Shown here: positions 61,550-64,000 of the stretch, piece after piece
Layout of the letters: each line of letters begins with the position of its first letter
Position numbering within the stretch: position 1 is the stretch's first letter
Assembly: GCA_045611965.1 (NCBI GenBank)
Contig: JAZKYE010000062.1
Span: forward strand, 443-64,442
Direction of reading: 5' to 3'
From: Eubacteriales bacterium
GTDB taxonomy: Bacteria; Bacillota; Clostridia; Oscillospirales; CAG-272
Length of the DNA stretch: 64,000 bases
Notes under the pieces: generated by a model
The model's database searches: none
The model's input: the letters and a program-made list of their open reading frames with translations, nothing else
What the model was told of the DNA's origin: nothing
Translations under genes and position numbers: made by a program

Positions 61550-62752
61550 TCAGGATTTGAGCTTTATTTTAGCAAGTCCTGCTTCGGATGTTTCCTTGTA
61601 GGACGGGGATAAATCATGCCCCGTTTCCTTCATTGTTTTTATAACGCTGTCAAGTGAGATTTTACGCGAATCCCAGAGAAAGCTTGCAAGGCTCACCGCG
61701 TTTATTGCGCGCATCGCCGCCACGGCATTTCTCTCAATGCAGGGAATCTGAACGAGTCCACAAATCGGATCGCAGGTAAGTCCTAAATGATGCTCAATCG
61801 CAATCTCTGCGGCATATTCTATTTTATCGACATCAAGCATAAAAAGCTCGCCAAGTGCTGCCGCCGCCATTGAGCACGCGCTACCGATTTCCGCCTGGCA
61901 TCCACATTCAGCGCCTGATATTGAGGCATTTGTTTTAATCAGATTTCCAACGATACCTGCGGTAATCAGAGCCTTTACAATCTCTCTGTCGCTATAGCCG
62001 TTTCTTTGCTGCTGATAATACAATACCGAAGGAAGCACGCCTGCCGCGCCGCAGGTGGGGGCGGTGACAATCTGCTCGCCGGAGGCATTCTGCTCACCGA
62101 CGGCAAACGCATAGGCACATACGATGCGATTTTCCCGTGTTTGCGCGCTTTCATCAATGTGTTGATTTCGGTAAAGTGATTTTGCTTTTTTCTTTACACC
62201 AAGTCCGCCCGGCAAAATTCCCTCGTCCTCAATTCCACGTCTGATAGAGCTTTTCATCACATCCCATACATTGTCCATATAGCCAAAAAAGTCATCACCC
62301 TCGCGCTCGGTCGCGTATTCCCACAAGCGAATCGACTTTTTTCTGCAATACTCGGCTATATCAGTAAAGCTGCTGAAATCATAAAAATCGGGTGTATCTG
62401 TCTCAATTTGATTTTCGTAGCAGATACTTCCGCCACCGACGCTAAGCACTCTCGCACGTGCGATTTCAACACCGTCGCGATAGCCTATTATATCCATAGT
62501 ATTTGGATGCGGTATGCTTGTATCGGTAAAATCAAATACAACATCTGTATCGTACGGCGCAAAGGTTTTCTGGATGACCGTATCAGTTCCGTGCCCTTTT
62601 CCCGTTTTCGCAAGCGAGCCATATAAAATAACGCGAAATGAATTCGCGTCAGGATGCTGCTTTAAAAACTCACAACACCCACGCTCAGGCCCCATAGTAT
62701 GCGAGCTCGAAGGCCCTCTTCCTATTTTATAAAGTTCCTTAAGTGATTTCAT
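61550..62752 (-). CDS. sdaA: L-serine ammonia-lyase (iron-sulfur dependent, single-chain beta-alpha fusion)
   Basis: LKELYKIGRGPSSSHTMGP is the N-terminal hallmark. The alpha-domain segments ...APTCGAAGVLPSVL... and ...ECGCQAEIGSACSMAA... are present. Confidence 0.85.
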   Translation of the reverse strand: MKSLKELYKIGRGPSSSHTMGPERGCCEFLKQHPDANSFRVILYGSLAKTGKGHGTDTVIQKTFAPYDTDVVFDFTDTSIPHPNTMDIIGYRDGVEIARARVLSVGGGSICYENQIETDTPDFYDFSSFTDIAEYCRKKSIRLWEYATEREGDDFFGYMDNVWDVMKSSIRRGIEDEGILPGGLGVKKKAKSLYRNQHIDESAQTRENRIVCAYAFAVGEQNASGEQIVTAPTCGAAGVLPSVLYYQQQRNGYSDREIVKALITAGIVGNLIKTNASISGAECGCQAEIGSACSMAAAALGELFMLDVDKIEYAAEIAIEHHLGLTCDPICGLVQIPCIERNAVAAMRAINAVSLASFLWDSRKISLDSVIKTMKETGHDLSPSYKETSEAGLAKIKLKS

Positions 62753-63228
62753 ACCTATAAGTGCACCTCTTACGAAAGTATTATATCATAAACACAGTAG
62801 TACAAGCCGAAAACGGCTTGTGCAAAAACAACACCTTTTTATTCGTGTCAATGTTCTCACGTCAAAATCTTTGATTTTGTAAGGCGAAGCCACAGGTTAT
62901 TATATCATGTATTCCACATAAAATCAAGTGTTAACATTAACGTTTGTCATAATGGAAACTTAAACTGCCTAAAATTATTTAAAGAAGCTTACACAAAACA
63001 ATTTCAACTACATATAGTATATTGCAAGCTTATACTTTTATAATTATACCAACCAATATGCAAACCATATTTGACATTTCTCGATATTTTCTACCCATCA
63101 GGTTTAAAAACTCGAAATAAGCGAGGTGTAATCAAATTCTTTGGAATTTAAAAAAATCCCTGCTCAAAAGAACAAGGATTTTTGGGTTATAAGACAAAAT
63201 TACAACCTACAGTTTTACATAATAAATA

Positions 63229-63906
63229 TTACTGCGGAACATAATTTTCCAAAGCAACCTTATCCGCTACCTGTTGCAACGACAACGCGACGTCATCAGG
63301 CAAACCGTTACTGTCAAGAACAGTTGATGATGTATTGAATACGGTCGAAAAGAAAACACAAGCAGCCAAATACGCACCTTCTTTACTTGTATGTGCATTA
63401 TCAGAACCCCACAGAGGAACATCCAGATTTTTCATAGCATACGCAAAGGCGCGATTTACGTATACGTTTTTCGCTTCGATCTCCGCCGCGATCTCACAAA
63501 ACAGCTTATCATATTCCAAGCATTGTGTATATGAATCATATCCGGCAGTATCTCTTCCTGTAGGGGGACGCACGTAGATATAAGCTTGCGCGCCCGATTC
63601 CAAAATGGCTTTGTTCAAGCACTTGCAAGCATGCATGGCTGCAGCTCTGATTTCGTCCGAAGCAATGCAACGGCTGTGATCCTGCAAAAACACTATGTCA
63701 TAGCCCTTTGCGATATGTTCCAGAGTTTCCATGCCGAACTCCGTATCGGTATCTGCATGCTGTGCAAGCGTTGCACCGCCTTTTGCGCGAGTAACTGCAC
63801 TAACAGAATATCCCGCATTATTTGCCAAACGGCAAAGAGTCTGCGGAATATCATTAACATAGGTCGCGCTGTTTCCAACAAAAAGCACCTTTTTTGTGTT
63901 GTTCAT
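63229..63906 (-). CDS. SGNH/GDSL-like hydrolase family protein
   Basis: KKVLFVGNSATYVNDIP (block I, GNS) and DIVFLQDHS are present. I prefer the ATG at 63906, with GGAGG about 11 nt upstream. The ORF-track start at 63924 is a TTG inside the RBS region. Confidence 0.6.
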   Translation of the reverse strand: MNNTKKVLFVGNSATYVNDIPQTLCRLANNAGYSVSAVTRAKGGATLAQHADTDTEFGMETLEHIAKGYDIVFLQDHSRCIASDEIRAAAMHACKCLNKAILESGAQAYIYVRPPTGRDTAGYDSYTQCLEYDKLFCEIAAEIEAKNVYVNRAFAYAMKNLDVPLWGSDNAHTSKEGAYLAACVFFSTVFNTSSTVLDSNGLPDDVALSLQQVADKVALENYVPQ

Positions 63907-64000
63907 ATTCAAAAATGCCTCCAATCTGTAAAAAAGAGAAATACATCTGTATTTTCCTTTTTATTTTACTTTTATATCACACCACATTAGGTGAGTTTAT

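Overview
This is a 64-kb chromosomal segment that looks like an anaerobic, spore-forming Firmicute of class Clostridia. That assignment is an inference from gene content: an Rnf complex, a CotF-type spore coat protein, AGGAGG-type ribosome-binding sites and many sigma-A consensus promoters. I support about 50 protein genes (most on the minus strand), 2 tRNAs and one long non-coding transcription unit.

Main blocks, in order:
- A sugar ABC transporter. Its permease runs off the window start and is missing from the ORF track. Its binding protein is 1163 aa.
- A 10-gene minus-strand operon, rnfCDGEAB - NusG-II protein - Gx transporter - four-module FMN_bind-like exported protein - ApbE.
- An Fe-S aldo/keto reductase and a threonine aldolase.
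- An oppBCDF operon plus a binding-protein gene. The binding protein is circularly permuted.
- An uncharacterised 4-gene cluster: a Sel1/degenerate-AAA+ protein, a soluble VirD4-like ATPase, and two small proteins with FtsK-gamma-like winged helices.
- ppa and a capD-like gene.
- A padR - DUF4097 module.
- A secreted protein of about 2378 aa.
- Housekeeping genes: hom, an M23 peptidase, pgsA, rimO, a J-domain protein, DUF5685, tex, rsuA and a DMT transporter.
- A TIR-like(DUF4062)-TPR protein.
- tRNA-Thr, tRNA-Tyr, an XRE regulator, a serine dehydratase and an SGNH hydrolase.

The most unusual element is a purine-rich non-coding unit of about 680 nt at 58.9-59.6 kb, bounded by a promoter and a terminator and lying just upstream of the tRNA pair. 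Its 5' part carries four tandem copies of a CAAGGAAGGU-N4-UCCAAUG motif, each of which also reads as SD-AUG-2 to 4 codons-stop.

I found no CRISPR array, integrase, transposase or rRNA. All functional calls come from motif recognition by eye, with no database search.
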